In this document: piece by piece, positions 18,571 to 28,492 of the stretch
Numbering within the stretch: position 1 is the stretch's first letter
Layout of the letters: every line of letters begins with the position of its first letter
Virus record (IMG/VR): IMGVR_UViG_3300043443_000196
Coordinates: 1-53,137 of that record
Strand: one strand, 5' to 3'
Length of the DNA: 53,137 nt
DNA from: a virus
Taxonomy: Duplodnaviria > Caudoviricetes
Notes under the pieces: model-generated
What the model saw: the letters and a program-made list of their open reading frames with translations, nothing else
The model's database searches: none
Told to the model about the DNA's origin: nothing
Position numbers and translations under genes: made by a program

Positions 18571-19836
18571 TTAGATTTCTAATAAACCTGGTAACCTTTC
18601 CCCACCATCTTTAACCGCACAAAGCCATGCGCTCGTGACGCAAGAGTTTATACTTCTCATCCATTCATTTGGAAAGTGCGTATCGACACGGTACTTTTGG
18701 AATCTTATACCTGTGTTTCCAAGGTATTTAGCCAAATTGGCATTCGTGTAGTACATGAAGCTATTTTCGTTCCAGAAACTAACGTGCGTCGGATCTTGGA
18801 ATGCACCCCTTCCATCGGTGCTAGGCACATCGATAAACGCCCAGCCGCCATTCGCAAGAACCCGATGAATCTCTTTCATTGATTTGATCGGATCTTTCAA
18901 GTGTTCAAGAATATGGCTTGCGTTTAGTACTCCAACAGAATTGTCTTCGAATGGTAGACCGTTATTCAAGTCTGCGTTAATATCAGCTTCTTCTCGGTTG
19001 TCAACAGTAATGAATCCATCCAGAGGATTGATACCAGCGCCAATATCCACCTTTAATAATCCCTTTAGTTCTGCTTCTCGCATAGCCAAACGCATTGCAT
19101 ATTCTCGGAACAGTTCGACGGTTCTTATTTGGATGGCTTCATTTCTATGATTAAGACATGTATTATCACCAGTCAATCTGTAGATATACAGAACTTTGGG
19201 AATACGCTTCATCTTAGTGTGTAGATACGTTTTGATCATCAGCTGATGATCTTCACATACATATTCATTGACGTCATATCCGCCGACCGCTTCATATGCA
19301 GTCTTTCTCCAAGAACGAACATGATCTGGCGCATACCAAATAAACGATACTGCTTGACTAGATGGTTCAAAACTATTCATTGCGTATAGTTCTCGACCAT
19401 TGTGGTTGTACATCCGATGTGACCACCCGTAAGCAACCCCATAAGGATTGAATTCGATGTCGCCCATTGGTAATACTGCATTATCGCTATACACGAATCC
19501 AACAGATTCGTCTTGATATGCGTTATACAACTCTTGCAGGCAATCTGGGGTCAGAAGGTCATCATGATCCGCCTCAACTAGAATATCACCATTACCCAAG
19601 CTGAATGCATTATTTTTAACATGACCTATATTCTCGTAGCGTTCATCATCAAAATAAACTTCCACTTGAGGGTCTTCTACGATGTACTGGGGAATTTTAT
19701 TCGGGTCGAATCCATTATTTGCGTAAATAACCCATTCCCAATTAGTGTATGTTTGTGCCTTTATACTCCGATAAAGTTCGATAAGATAAGGTAAGTTGCT
19801 CTCACTGTGCTCAGGCGTAATCAAACTAAATTTCAT
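18571..19836 (-). CDS. GT2 glycosyltransferase fused to a class I SAM methyltransferase
   Basis: FSLITP, QTY.NWEW, EADHDD (DxD) and CEDH in the N-terminal half; VDIGAG, SHILEHL and EIHRVL..GG in the C-terminal half. ATG at 19836; the ORF track extends to a TTG at 19848. Confidence 0.88.
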   Translation of the reverse strand: MKFSLITPEHSESNLPYLIELYRSIKAQTYTNWEWVIYANNGFDPNKIPQYIVEDPQVEVYFDDERYENIGHVKNNAFSLGNGDILVEADHDDLLTPDCLQELYNAYQDESVGFVYSDNAVLPMGDIEFNPYGVAYGWSHRMYNHNGRELYAMNSFEPSSQAVSFIWYAPDHVRSWRKTAYEAVGGYDVNEYVCEDHQLMIKTYLHTKMKRIPKVLYIYRLTGDNTCLNHRNEAIQIRTVELFREYAMRLAMREAELKGLLKVDIGAGINPLDGFITVDNREEADINADLNNGLPFEDNSVGVLNASHILEHLKDPIKSMKEIHRVLANGGWAFIDVPSTDGRGAFQDPTHVSFWNENSFMYYTNANLAKYLGNTGIRFQKYRVDTHFPNEWMRSINSCVTSAWLCAVKDGGERLPGLLEI

Positions 19837-19844
19837 GGTGAATC

Positions 19845-21560
19845 TCAATCAAAGAAGAATAAGTGAATCAAGCGACCAGTCTCGTCGGAGTTTCCGAAAT
19901 AGTTTCCTGCTGAATGGATACAGCTTGCGTCCATAATAACCAGTCTATTATATATATTGCCAGCAACATCTACGGTGTCAAACTTAGTGGAATCAAAGAA
20001 GTCACCGTTGAAAGACGCCTCAACGTTTGGTTCTCGTCTACTTCTAGCTCCAGTGATGTTTGATCGATGTAGTCTGGTTCCGCTCTGTACTGGGGCATTT
20101 GGCGTCAAATAAATCATAGCTGCCCACTCTTGACCGTCATAATGATATACTTGTGGATCTTTGGATGTGGTTATCTGGAAAACTCCATTCATTCCATATT
20201 CTTCGAATCTAGTGATCTTCTGACCAATAATTGATTCGAAACGTTCTTTTATGCCATCTGGGAGATATGATCTAGTTGACCGCTTACCCTTGTACCAACG
20301 AATGTCTTCTTCAAACTCAACCTGAGTCAATGCCAACTGTCGAACTGCATCTGGGTTTGCATAGAAATTATCAACGATAAACATTCTCTTTGATGGGGTT
20401 GGGTTCATCGCCAATGGGCTGATGAAACTCTTTGGTTTATACCGCGAAATAGCCATCTCGTGTAATCCTTGTATAAAACCAGTTTTGCTGTCGTTGTACT
20501 GGTGTTCTTCAATAAATAGAGTTCTTCTTGGGAAAGGATTTGTTCTTTCTGGCTGCATCAGTATAGATGTGACCTTGAACATATTCTCAAAATCCTCAGT
20601 ATCCCTATAAAGTTCAGCCAAAGAAATTAAATGATCGTTTCTATCAGGTGCGAACCATTCCGACTCTTCCAATGTCTTAATACAAGATTCAATATCGCCA
20701 AGATATCTTTGTAAATACGCACTCTGGACCAGACCGAAATAACACATTTCATGTTCGATCCATGCGTTTGGGTCTTTATCTAATACTCTAAGAGACGCAT
20801 TTACATACTCTCTGTAATAGTATATCGCACGCCTCGCGAATTCTTTTTGTTGAGATTCACCAAGAGGGAATGCCGGAGACCATGTTGCGTCAAAATAACT
20901 CTTTGCCAAATACCAGAAATGATAAAACCGAGTGAAGAAAGAATCATCCCTAATTAGCTCTTGTTCTAATTCAAGTGAATGATTAATGAACTTTTTGGGA
21001 TCACTCCAACTCTGCCCCTCGTTAAATCCGCGCTGGCGAATCTTATTTGGTAATTGATGTGTTTTATAATTAGACCCTATATTTGGGTCAAGGCTGTAAA
21101 TTGTTTCGTGACATGGGTCATGATGGAACGCCCAAGGGATATTAGCATTCCACATCCATGTTCTATAATATAGGCAACTGCCGCCTTGCGCTGTTATGTC
21201 AAATGCTTGTATTGATTTATCTGACAAAAGACTCCAATCAAAATCATCATCGACCTCAAGAACCTCGTCGCAATCCATTTTGAGGATCCAATCGCAACCA
21301 TGATCAGTTGATTGACAATAACGAATTAGATGATCTCGATTGTAACCGAATCCGACCCAACCCTCTTCAATATCATAAATCTCACCGGATAGTTTATGAT
21401 CAATCAGAAATTTCTTGGCAATCTCGTCCGAACCATCAGTGGACCCATTGTTCTGCATAACGTAATAATCTACATTACCTAAACATGAGTTTAACATACG
21501 TTCAATAACCTTTGCTTCGTTCTTGAACATGGTTATCATTACAATTTTTGGTTTATTCAT
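19845..21560 (-). CDS. GT2 glycosyltransferase, TPR-like region and C-terminal 2OG-Fe(II) oxygenase (DUF6445-like) fusion
   Basis: M.KNE..VI.R.L.S, GSTDGS, F..NR, MDCDE and HE; helical FWYLAKSY.D region; C-terminal IVDNFY.NPD.VR, HYD, WAAMIYLTP, NRLVI, IH and GRL..LFFFD. Confidence 0.85.
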   Translation of the reverse strand: MNKPKIVMITMFKNEAKVIERMLNSCLGNVDYYVMQNNGSTDGSDEIAKKFLIDHKLSGEIYDIEEGWVGFGYNRDHLIRYCQSTDHGCDWILKMDCDEVLEVDDDFDWSLLSDKSIQAFDITAQGGSCLYYRTWMWNANIPWAFHHDPCHETIYSLDPNIGSNYKTHQLPNKIRQRGFNEGQSWSDPKKFINHSLELEQELIRDDSFFTRFYHFWYLAKSYFDATWSPAFPLGESQQKEFARRAIYYYREYVNASLRVLDKDPNAWIEHEMCYFGLVQSAYLQRYLGDIESCIKTLEESEWFAPDRNDHLISLAELYRDTEDFENMFKVTSILMQPERTNPFPRRTLFIEEHQYNDSKTGFIQGLHEMAISRYKPKSFISPLAMNPTPSKRMFIVDNFYANPDAVRQLALTQVEFEEDIRWYKGKRSTRSYLPDGIKERFESIIGQKITRFEEYGMNGVFQITTSKDPQVYHYDGQEWAAMIYLTPNAPVQSGTRLHRSNITGARSRREPNVEASFNGDFFDSTKFDTVDVAGNIYNRLVIMDASCIHSAGNYFGNSDETGRLIHLFFFD

Positions 21561-22267
21561 TTTGATCTTGATTCAATAAATTTCATAACAGTTTCGTCAT
21601 TCTTTTGTTCTGGTGCTGGGCTAAACAACGCTCTTGGTCTATTCGATGCACCGTCAGGGACTTTAGTGAGGTAATAGGCAGCTATACTCTTTCTGTAATT
21701 TCCTTCTGGGCATTTTATTCTGTCATAAAAACCATGCCAAGAGTTCTTTGACGCATCAAACAGAACAGCTCTGTTGAATTTATTCTCAATAACTACTCTT
21801 TTTTCTTTTGGTTGATTTGTTATTGGATCATGACTCCAGAGCTCCAGATTCCCACCCCAAGCATTATCCCAATTCTCCGATACGTAAACAATTAAGTTAT
21901 ACTTACGCAAGAGTTTCATCTTAGGGTGAATTGAATAATCCATGTGAACATTCAGGCGCCCGTCATTACCATGAATATGCCAGCCACCGCCATGTAATCC
22001 GGGATCGGCATAAAGACTCTTTTCGCCAGTCAACTCTGATATGTGATCAACGAAGTCTTTTGATACTAACGTTGACAAAAAACCGTAAGTCTCTGGTGGA
22101 AACTTATACCAATCGTGGATGGTTTTCTTGTGTTCGATTGGATTGTTGTAAAACAACCAATCTTGAGAGTCGTATGCCGGAAATTCTGAAGATAGTTTCT
22201 TTGCTAGATCTTCAATAAGGAAATCGTCTATAATCCAATAGTCAAAGGGATCATTACCATGTTGCAT
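21557..22267 (-). CDS. 2OG-Fe(II) oxygenase (prolyl-hydroxylase-like)
   Basis: PF....IDDFL, DP.L.GGG.H, L.VHMD (HxD), WGG.LELW, FNRAV.F, SWHG and RKS.A.YY. Confidence 0.9.
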   Translation of the reverse strand: MQHGNDPFDYWIIDDFLIEDLAKKLSSEFPAYDSQDWLFYNNPIEHKKTIHDWYKFPPETYGFLSTLVSKDFVDHISELTGEKSLYADPGLHGGGWHIHGNDGRLNVHMDYSIHPKMKLLRKYNLIVYVSENWDNAWGGNLELWSHDPITNQPKEKRVVIENKFNRAVLFDASKNSWHGFYDRIKCPEGNYRKSIAAYYLTKVPDGASNRPRALFSPAPEQKNDETVMKFIESRSK

Positions 22268-22274
22268 AATAAAA

Positions 22275-22853
22275 TCATCTCCATTTTGGTCCTTCGAACC
22301 ATGCTGCTATACTGTATCTAGTTCCCGCTGTCACCGGGAGAGCCCGATGTCGAAGGAATGACGGGAAGAAAATAATCGTTCCCTGTTGATTTAGTTCATC
22401 TGCAGAAGGTGGGTACAATGCATCACTTATTTCGAATTGACCCCCTTCGTAATCATTCGGGTCTGAGAGCTGTATAATACATGACAGCTTTCTATGATAA
22501 TGCGGGTCGCCATTTAACCAAACTGTATCTTGATGTAGTTTGTACTCCCCCAAATATGACGAATCGTATTCAGCAATTTGAAAATAGTTCAATCTGGTTA
22601 TATGAAAATTAAAGAAATCTTCATTTGCTTGTATAGCAGTTTTCCATAATGTGTCGTATAACTCTTGGAACTTCCAATTACCTCTATTGACAAACCTTAC
22701 ATTACTTCTTCTGAACTGTTCGTCAACTACTAATTGATTATTAAATCCGCCTATGACCGCTTTATCAGCTGGCATTTCTTTTGCAAGTTTGATTATGTTT
22801 TCACATGCATATTTGCTCAGATATGACCTAAAATAACACCATTCTCCGTTCAT
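22275..22853 (-). CDS. 2OG-Fe(II) oxygenase (PKHD/prolyl-hydroxylase-type), paralog B
   Basis: RRS.VRF, HQD, RKLS..IQLSDP.DYEGG and FPSFL.H...PVT.GTRYS...W..GP.WR. Confidence 0.92.
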   Translation of the reverse strand: MNGEWCYFRSYLSKYACENIIKLAKEMPADKAVIGGFNNQLVVDEQFRRSNVRFVNRGNWKFQELYDTLWKTAIQANEDFFNFHITRLNYFQIAEYDSSYLGEYKLHQDTVWLNGDPHYHRKLSCIIQLSDPNDYEGGQFEISDALYPPSADELNQQGTIIFFPSFLRHRALPVTAGTRYSIAAWFEGPKWR

Positions 22854-22854
22854 A

Positions 22855-23433
22855 TTATCTCCATTTTGGTCCTTCGAACCATGCTGCTATACTGTATCGT
22901 GTTCCTCTGGTGACTGGGTTGGCTTGATGTCGAAGGAATGACGGGAAGAATATCATTGTGCCTTGCTGTCTCAGATCTTCCCTTGATGGAGCTTCCGATG
23001 CTTCATTTATCTCAAGATCTCCGCCATCATAATCATTGGGGTCAGATAATTGTATTACACAAGAAAGTTTTCTGTGATTCTTTGGATCGTCATTTAACCA
23101 AAACACATCATGATGTGTTTTATATTCGCCTTTATATGAAGAATCATACTTGGCTATCTGTATGAATTCTAGCTTGCTTATATGAAAACCAAAGAACTGT
23201 TCGTTGGCTTCAATTGCATTTTTCCATAAAGAATCAAATACGTGTTGGAAATCAGGGTCGCCTTTATTGGCAAACCTGATTTCGCTTCTTCTTATGGAAC
23301 TATCTTGCAGAGTATTGGCGCCATTGCCGAGTTGTCCAGCCTGACTCGGTATCTTTTGGGCGCCTCTTATTATCTGCTCGCAGGTTGTTTTATCAAAAAA
23401 TGACTTATAATAACACCACTCACCATTCATCAC
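22855..23433 (-). CDS. 2OG-Fe(II) oxygenase (PKHD/prolyl-hydroxylase-type), paralog A
   Basis: Same motifs (HHD, RKLS, H, TRYS); tandem paralog of the downstream gene. Confidence 0.92.
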   Translation of the reverse strand: MMNGEWCYYKSFFDKTTCEQIIRGAQKIPSQAGQLGNGANTLQDSSIRRSEIRFANKGDPDFQHVFDSLWKNAIEANEQFFGFHISKLEFIQIAKYDSSYKGEYKTHHDVFWLNDDPKNHRKLSCVIQLSDPNDYDGGDLEINEASEAPSREDLRQQGTMIFFPSFLRHQANPVTRGTRYSIAAWFEGPKWR

Positions 23434-23444
23434 GAATCCTTATT

Positions 23445-25112
23445 TTACAGAGACTTCTTCAATTCCTCTATCTGTTTCTTTTGTTCCTTCAGAGCTTCAA
23501 TCAATAAAGGAACCACTCTTGCATAATCTACAGTGATGTATTTATTTCCGCTTATTGTGTGTCCGAATTTATTAGAATCGAATGGCGCTGGCTTAACGAT
23601 TTCTGGTAATACTTCTTGTATTTCTTGCGCCAAGAAACCGATTCTCTGTCTTGAATCAGTGAACCCCAATTCTTTAGCTAGATCGTTGTATGTGTAATAC
23701 ACGCCATTTATTTTAGAAATTTTCAAAAGTGGGTCTGATATCGGACCTGACACTTCTTTTAGTCGACCGTCTGAGTAATACGCAGTTATATCACCACTTG
23801 CATATAAGTAACCAGTTGGAGCTGCTGGGGTGTTTACCGCCAGGGAAGCTACTACATACGCTGTAGTTGTTGCTCCTTGTGGACCTTGAAATCCAGGGGC
23901 TCCTTGGAAACCTTGCGCTCCCTGGAAACCCTGTGCTCCTTGCGCACCAACTGCTCCTTGGAAACCTTGCGCGCCAGTTGGACCTGGGAATCCAGTAGCG
24001 CCCGTTGCTCCTTGTGGACCTTGTGCACCTACCGGACCCTGTGGACCCTGTGCGCCAAGCAATCCTTGTGGACCTTGGAAACCCTGTGCGCCTTGGAACC
24101 CCTGTGCGCCTTGTGCACCCTGTGGACCTTGGAAACCTTGTCTTCCCTGGGTTCCAGCTACACCCTGGAAACCCTGTGCTCCTTGAAAGCCCTGTGAACC
24201 TTGTGCTCCTTGTGGACCCTGAACTCCGGGTGCTCCTTGTGGACCTTGAGTTCCAGCTGCCCCTTGGAATCCTTGTGGACCTTGGAACCCCTGTGCGCCT
24301 TGGAAACCCTGTGCTCCTTGTGCGCCAACCGTGCCTGTGGCTCCGGCGAATCCAGTAGCTCCAATAAATCCTTGTGGACCCTGCGCGCCAGAAACTGCAC
24401 TTTGAGCGCCCTGTGGACCTCTGTTTCCCGCGAAACCAGGGAATCCTGTTGCTCCTTGGAAACCTTGTGCTCCTTGGAAACCTTGTGCGCCAGTTAGGGA
24501 TGACGCTGCGCCTTGGAACCCCTGTGCTCCTTGAACACCCTGTGGACCTATTGCTCCCTGTGCTCCCTGGAAACCTTGCGCCCCTTGAACCCCGGTGACG
24601 CCAACGAATCCTTGAACTCCACTCGCAGTTCCTTGTGGACCTTGGAATCCAGTTGCTCCTTGGAAACCTTGTGGACCTTGGTTTCCTGGAAACCCAGTGA
24701 AGCCAGCCGGACCCTGAAACCCTTGAACTCCACTCGCAGTTCCTTGTGGACCTTGGAATCCAGTTGCTCCTTGGAAACCTTGTGGACCTTGGTTTCCTGG
24801 AAACCCAGTGAAGCCCTGTGCTCCCTGGAAGCCCTGTGCTCCCTGGAATCCAACAGGACCAGTTGGACCATTTTGTCCAGCAAATCCATTAAAACCAATG
24901 GCTCCCTGAAAACCTTGTGCTCCCTGAAAACCTTGTGCTCCTTGGAAACCTTGTGGACCAGTAGTTGCGCCCTGTGGACCCTGAAATCCGGTGGCGCCCG
25001 TTGCGCCCGTTAAGCCTTGTAGAGCAGTTTGTGGACCAATCCAAGTGCCTGTAGAATCGATTACGTCACTAAGAACGGAGACGCCATTTTTTACGGTAAA
25101 CTTGTTAATCAT
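23445..25112 (-). CDS. Collagen-like fibre protein 3 with C-terminal peptidase S74-type intramolecular chaperone
   Basis: Long Gly-X-Y tract (GFQ/GAQ/GPQ); [21 protein letters not shown] and [15 protein letters not shown] coiled coil. Confidence 0.92.
   Translation of the reverse strand: MINKFTVKNGVSVLSDVIDSTGTWIGPQTALQGLTGATGATGFQGPQGATTGPQGFQGAQGFQGAQGFQGAIGFNGFAGQNGPTGPVGFQGAQGFQGAQGFTGFPGNQGPQGFQGATGFQGPQGTASGVQGFQGPAGFTGFPGNQGPQGFQGATGFQGPQGTASGVQGFVGVTGVQGAQGFQGAQGAIGPQGVQGAQGFQGAASSLTGAQGFQGAQGFQGATGFPGFAGNRGPQGAQSAVSGAQGPQGFIGATGFAGATGTVGAQGAQGFQGAQGFQGPQGFQGAAGTQGPQGAPGVQGPQGAQGSQGFQGAQGFQGVAGTQGRQGFQGPQGAQGAQGFQGAQGFQGPQGLLGAQGPQGPVGAQGPQGATGATGFPGPTGAQGFQGAVGAQGAQGFQGAQGFQGAPGFQGPQGATTTAYVVASLAVNTPAAPTGYLYASGDITAYYSDGRLKEVSGPISDPLLKISKINGVYYTYNDLAKELGFTDSRQRIGFLAQEIQEVLPEIVKPAPFDSNKFGHTISGNKYITVDYARVVPLLIEALKEQKKQIEELKKSL
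24610..24815. repeat. Exact 95-nt direct repeat (111-nt period) in collagen gene 3
   Basis: 24610-24704 is identical to 24721-24815. Confidence 0.8.
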
Positions 25113-26799
25113 CTATCTGCTCCATTAGAATGTCTATTTCTCTTTGTTGTTCTTTAATAGTTTCTATAATCAATGGAACAATACGTTCATACTTCACCGT
25201 CAGGAATTCTTCAGTAGTGTCATTTATTCCTTCGCAGTCATTAAATGGGGCTACTGCGACGACTTCCGGTAGAACTTGTTGAACTTCCTGTGCTAACAGA
25301 CCAACTTGTCTGGAATAGTTGTTGTAACCATATTTCTCGGCATCTTTGTTTTGTGTGTAATAAACGCCATTTAATTGATATAACTTGGTCGCAGCATCTT
25401 TAATATATTCGATGTTATCCTTTAATCTCACATCTGAGTAGTACGCCACTATATCTAACTGCGCTCTTATGGTTCCTGCTAGTCCAACTGGGGTATTAAC
25501 GCCAAGGTATGTCCCATTACTGTAAGTTACTGTAGATTGACCTGTAAATCCCTGCGGACCAGTTACTGACGATGCTGCTCCCTGGAATCCTTGTCGACCC
25601 TGGAATCCAGCAGGACCAGTTACTGACGACGCCGCGCCTTGGAACCCCTGTGCTCCTTGTGCACCAACTGCTCCTTGTGGACCTTGGAAACCCTGTGCTC
25701 CTTGTGGACCTTGGAAACCGCTCGTTCCATTTGACGGACCCTGGAAACCCTGTGCTCCTTGGAATCCCTGTCTGCCTTGGAATCCAGTAAAACCAGTGAA
25801 TCCTTGCGCTCCTTGGAATCCAGCTATAGCTACTGCGACGCCCTGAGCTCCTTGGAAACCCTGTGCTCCTTGGAATCCCTGTCTGCCTTGGAATCCTGTT
25901 GCTCCCTGTGGACCTTGGAATCCAGCTATAGCTACTGCGACGCCCTGAGCTCCTTGGAATCCCTGTGCACCTTGGAACCCCTGTGCTCCCTGGAAACCCT
26001 GGACTCCTGGGGAACCTGTTGGACCTTGGAAACCAACTGATCCTTGCGGACCTTGGAACCCTTGTGCTCCAACTGGACCGGACGGACCTTGGAATCCCTG
26101 CGCGCCTTGCGCGCCTTGCGGACCTTGGAAACCTTGTGCTCCCTGGAATCCTGTTGCCCCCTGTGCGCCTTGCGGACCTCGTGTACCCTGTGCGCCTTGG
26201 AAACCTTGTGCGCCTTGGAAACCCTGTGCTCCCTGGAAGCCCTGCGCGCCTTGAAATCCTTGTGCTCCTTGTGCTCCTTGTGGACCTTGAGCACCCCACG
26301 CTCCTTGGAATCCCTGTGCACCTTGGAATCCCTGTGCTCCCTGGAAACCCTGGACTCCACTCGCGGCTCCTTGTGGACCTTGGGTACCAGTGAATCCCGT
26401 CGGACCTCTGGCTCCTTGGAATCCCTGTGCACCTTGGAACCCCTGTGCTCCCTGGAAACCCTGGACTCCACTCGCGGCTCCTTGTGGACCTTGGGTACCA
26501 GCTGCTCCTTGGAAACCCTGCGCTCCTTGCGCTCCCTGTGGACCTTGAACTCCAGGCGCACCAACTGGACCGTTTAATCCCGTTGCACCCTGGAAACCCT
26601 GCGCTCCTTGGAAACCCTGTGCTCCTTGTGTTCCTTGTGGACCTTGGAAACCAGAAGCTCCAGTCAATCCCTGTGGACCCTGCGCTCCTTGTGGACCAGT
26701 TATATTTGCTGTTGGACCAACCCATTCACCAGAAGCATTGACGACAGCCTGGTTACCGACAGCAATACCGTTTAATACAACGAATTCTTTAATAGCCAC
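25105..26799 (-). CDS. Collagen-like fibre protein 2 with S74-type chaperone
   Basis: Gly-X-Gln tract; [21 protein letters not shown] and [17 protein letters not shown]. Confidence 0.92.
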   Translation of the reverse strand: MAIKEFVVLNGIAVGNQAVVNASGEWVGPTANITGPQGAQGPQGLTGASGFQGPQGTQGAQGFQGAQGFQGATGLNGPVGAPGVQGPQGAQGAQGFQGAAGTQGPQGAASGVQGFQGAQGFQGAQGFQGARGPTGFTGTQGPQGAASGVQGFQGAQGFQGAQGFQGAWGAQGPQGAQGAQGFQGAQGFQGAQGFQGAQGFQGAQGTRGPQGAQGATGFQGAQGFQGPQGAQGAQGFQGPSGPVGAQGFQGPQGSVGFQGPTGSPGVQGFQGAQGFQGAQGFQGAQGVAVAIAGFQGPQGATGFQGRQGFQGAQGFQGAQGVAVAIAGFQGAQGFTGFTGFQGRQGFQGAQGFQGPSNGTSGFQGPQGAQGFQGPQGAVGAQGAQGFQGAASSVTGPAGFQGRQGFQGAASSVTGPQGFTGQSTVTYSNGTYLGVNTPVGLAGTIRAQLDIVAYYSDVRLKDNIEYIKDAATKLYQLNGVYYTQNKDAEKYGYNNYSRQVGLLAQEVQQVLPEVVAVAPFNDCEGINDTTEEFLTVKYERIVPLIIETIKEQQREIDILMEQIDD

Positions 26800-28465
26800 G
26801 GTTTCCTCTTATTTCTATTTTTTCTTTTATAGACTTTATCAATTCTTGCTGTTCTTTTATAGCTTGCAGCAAAGTAGGGACTAATTTGTCGTACTTTATA
26901 GTGAGGTACTTATTGTTGACTGGAGCCTTCTCAACAGCCTCGGGGAACACTTCGTCAACTTGTTGCGCTATTAAACCAACAGATCTGGGGTGTTCTTCAT
27001 ATATTCCAAGCTCTTTTGCCAGTTTATTAGAAGTATAATACACTCCTGTTATTCGCATTATCTTGTCGATACAATCCGGGATCTCATTGATGTTTGTTTT
27101 AAGTCTTGCGTCGGAAACTCCAGCAACGATATCCGACGTTGCTCTCACAGTTCCGGTTGGACCTGCAGGAGTTCCTATTCCAACTGCTGACACGGATGCA
27201 GCGGGTACGCTCGTTGCTCCAGCTGCTCCTTGCGCGCCTTGTGGACCTATTACACCCTGTGCACCCTGGAAACCCTGCGACCCTTGCGCGCCTTGTGGAC
27301 CTATTACACCCTGTGCACCCTGAAATCCAGTCGCTCCTTGTGGACCTTGGAATCCTTGCCTTCCGGGGAATCCAGTTGCGCCTGGTGTTCCAACGGGACC
27401 AGCGATTCCTTGATTACCGATAAAACCCTGTGCTCCTTGAAACCCCTGTGCTCCTTGAGCTCCAGCGAATCCGGGAAATCCAGTTGCGCCTTGTGCGCCC
27501 CAAGCTCCCTGGAAACCTTGTGCTCCTTGGAAACCTTGCGCACCTTGTACCCCTTGTGCGCCAGTGAATCCGCCAAATCCAGCCGGACCCTGCGCGCCCC
27601 ATGCTCCTTGGAATCCCTGTCTGCCTTGGAATCCTGTTGCTCCCTGGAAACCCTGTGCTCCTTGCGCGCCAACCACGAAACCTGCTGGACCCTGGGCTCC
27701 TTGCGGACCTTGGAAACCTTGCGCTCCTTGTGCACCTGCGGAACCTTGCGCGCCAGTGAACCCCGTAAACCCTGTTGTTCCCTGAAAACCTTGTGCTCCT
27801 TGGAAACCCTGCGCGCCTTGTACACCGGATGGACCTTGGAATCCCTGCGCGCCCTGAAAACCTTGTGCTCCTTGGAAACCTTGAGCTCCCGTGACCGATG
27901 ATGCTGCGCCCTGGAACCCCTGCGCTCCTTGGAAACCCTGTCGACCTTGGAAACCTTGTGGACCTTGGTTTCCTGCGAATCCCTGGAAACCCTGAGCTCC
28001 TTGGAAACCTTGTGCTCCTTGAGCACCCCAAGCTCCCTGGAAACCTTGAACACCCTGTGCTCCTTGCGGACCTTGGTTTCCTGCGAATCCCTGAAAACCT
28101 TGCGCTCCCTGGAAACCTTGCGCCCCTTGAGCACCCCAAGCTCCCTGGAACCCCTGTGGACCTTGAGCTCCTTGTCTACCCTGGAAACCTTGCGCCCCTT
28201 GGAATCCAACTATTGCATTAGCCGGACCCTGTGCTCCTTGCGGACCTTGGAAACCTTGTCTACCCTGGAAACCTTGAGCTCCTTGACGACCTTGTGGACC
28301 CTGGAATCCAGCTGGACCAGATCCTCCCTGTGGACCCTGAAAACCTGTTGGACCAACTGCTCCAGATAGATTCGTGCCTGGACCAACCCAATTTCCACCG
28401 GAGTCGATGATTTTTATAGCACCGACATAAATGCCTTGTTTTAGCTTAAAGTTTGTTATTGTCAT
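26789..28465 (-). CDS. Collagen-like fibre protein 1 with S74-type chaperone
   Basis: Gly-X-Gln tract; VSDARLK, GLIAQQVDEVFPE and IKYDKLVPTLLQAIKEQ. Confidence 0.92.
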   Translation of the reverse strand: MTITNFKLKQGIYVGAIKIIDSGGNWVGPGTNLSGAVGPTGFQGPQGGSGPAGFQGPQGRQGAQGFQGRQGFQGPQGAQGPANAIVGFQGAQGFQGRQGAQGPQGFQGAWGAQGAQGFQGAQGFQGFAGNQGPQGAQGVQGFQGAWGAQGAQGFQGAQGFQGFAGNQGPQGFQGRQGFQGAQGFQGAASSVTGAQGFQGAQGFQGAQGFQGPSGVQGAQGFQGAQGFQGTTGFTGFTGAQGSAGAQGAQGFQGPQGAQGPAGFVVGAQGAQGFQGATGFQGRQGFQGAWGAQGPAGFGGFTGAQGVQGAQGFQGAQGFQGAWGAQGATGFPGFAGAQGAQGFQGAQGFIGNQGIAGPVGTPGATGFPGRQGFQGPQGATGFQGAQGVIGPQGAQGSQGFQGAQGVIGPQGAQGAAGATSVPAASVSAVGIGTPAGPTGTVRATSDIVAGVSDARLKTNINEIPDCIDKIMRITGVYYTSNKLAKELGIYEEHPRSVGLIAQQVDEVFPEAVEKAPVNNKYLTIKYDKLVPTLLQAIKEQQELIKSIKEKIEIRGNRGY

Positions 28466-28492
28466 TGTATCATCAAGCCGCTGTAGTTATTT

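Noticed and set aside
18571-23433. Oxygenase/glycosyltransferase cluster as a DNA hypermodification (TET/JBP plus glucosyltransferase) system
   Set aside because: The motifs are prolyl-hydroxylase-like rather than TET/JBP, one GT has a TPR-like region, and the context is a late virion operon. This is disfavoured but not formally excluded.
23870-28360. Repeats as a CRISPR array or DGR
   Set aside because: The repeats are in-frame coding triplets without unique spacers, and no cas or reverse transcriptase gene is present. The paralog identity blocks show no adenine-specific variation.
23877-28398. Many overlapping alternative-frame ORFs (up to 402 aa) in the collagen genes
   Set aside because: These are expected from stop-poor 9-nt codon repeats; they lack independent start signals and non-repetitive domains.
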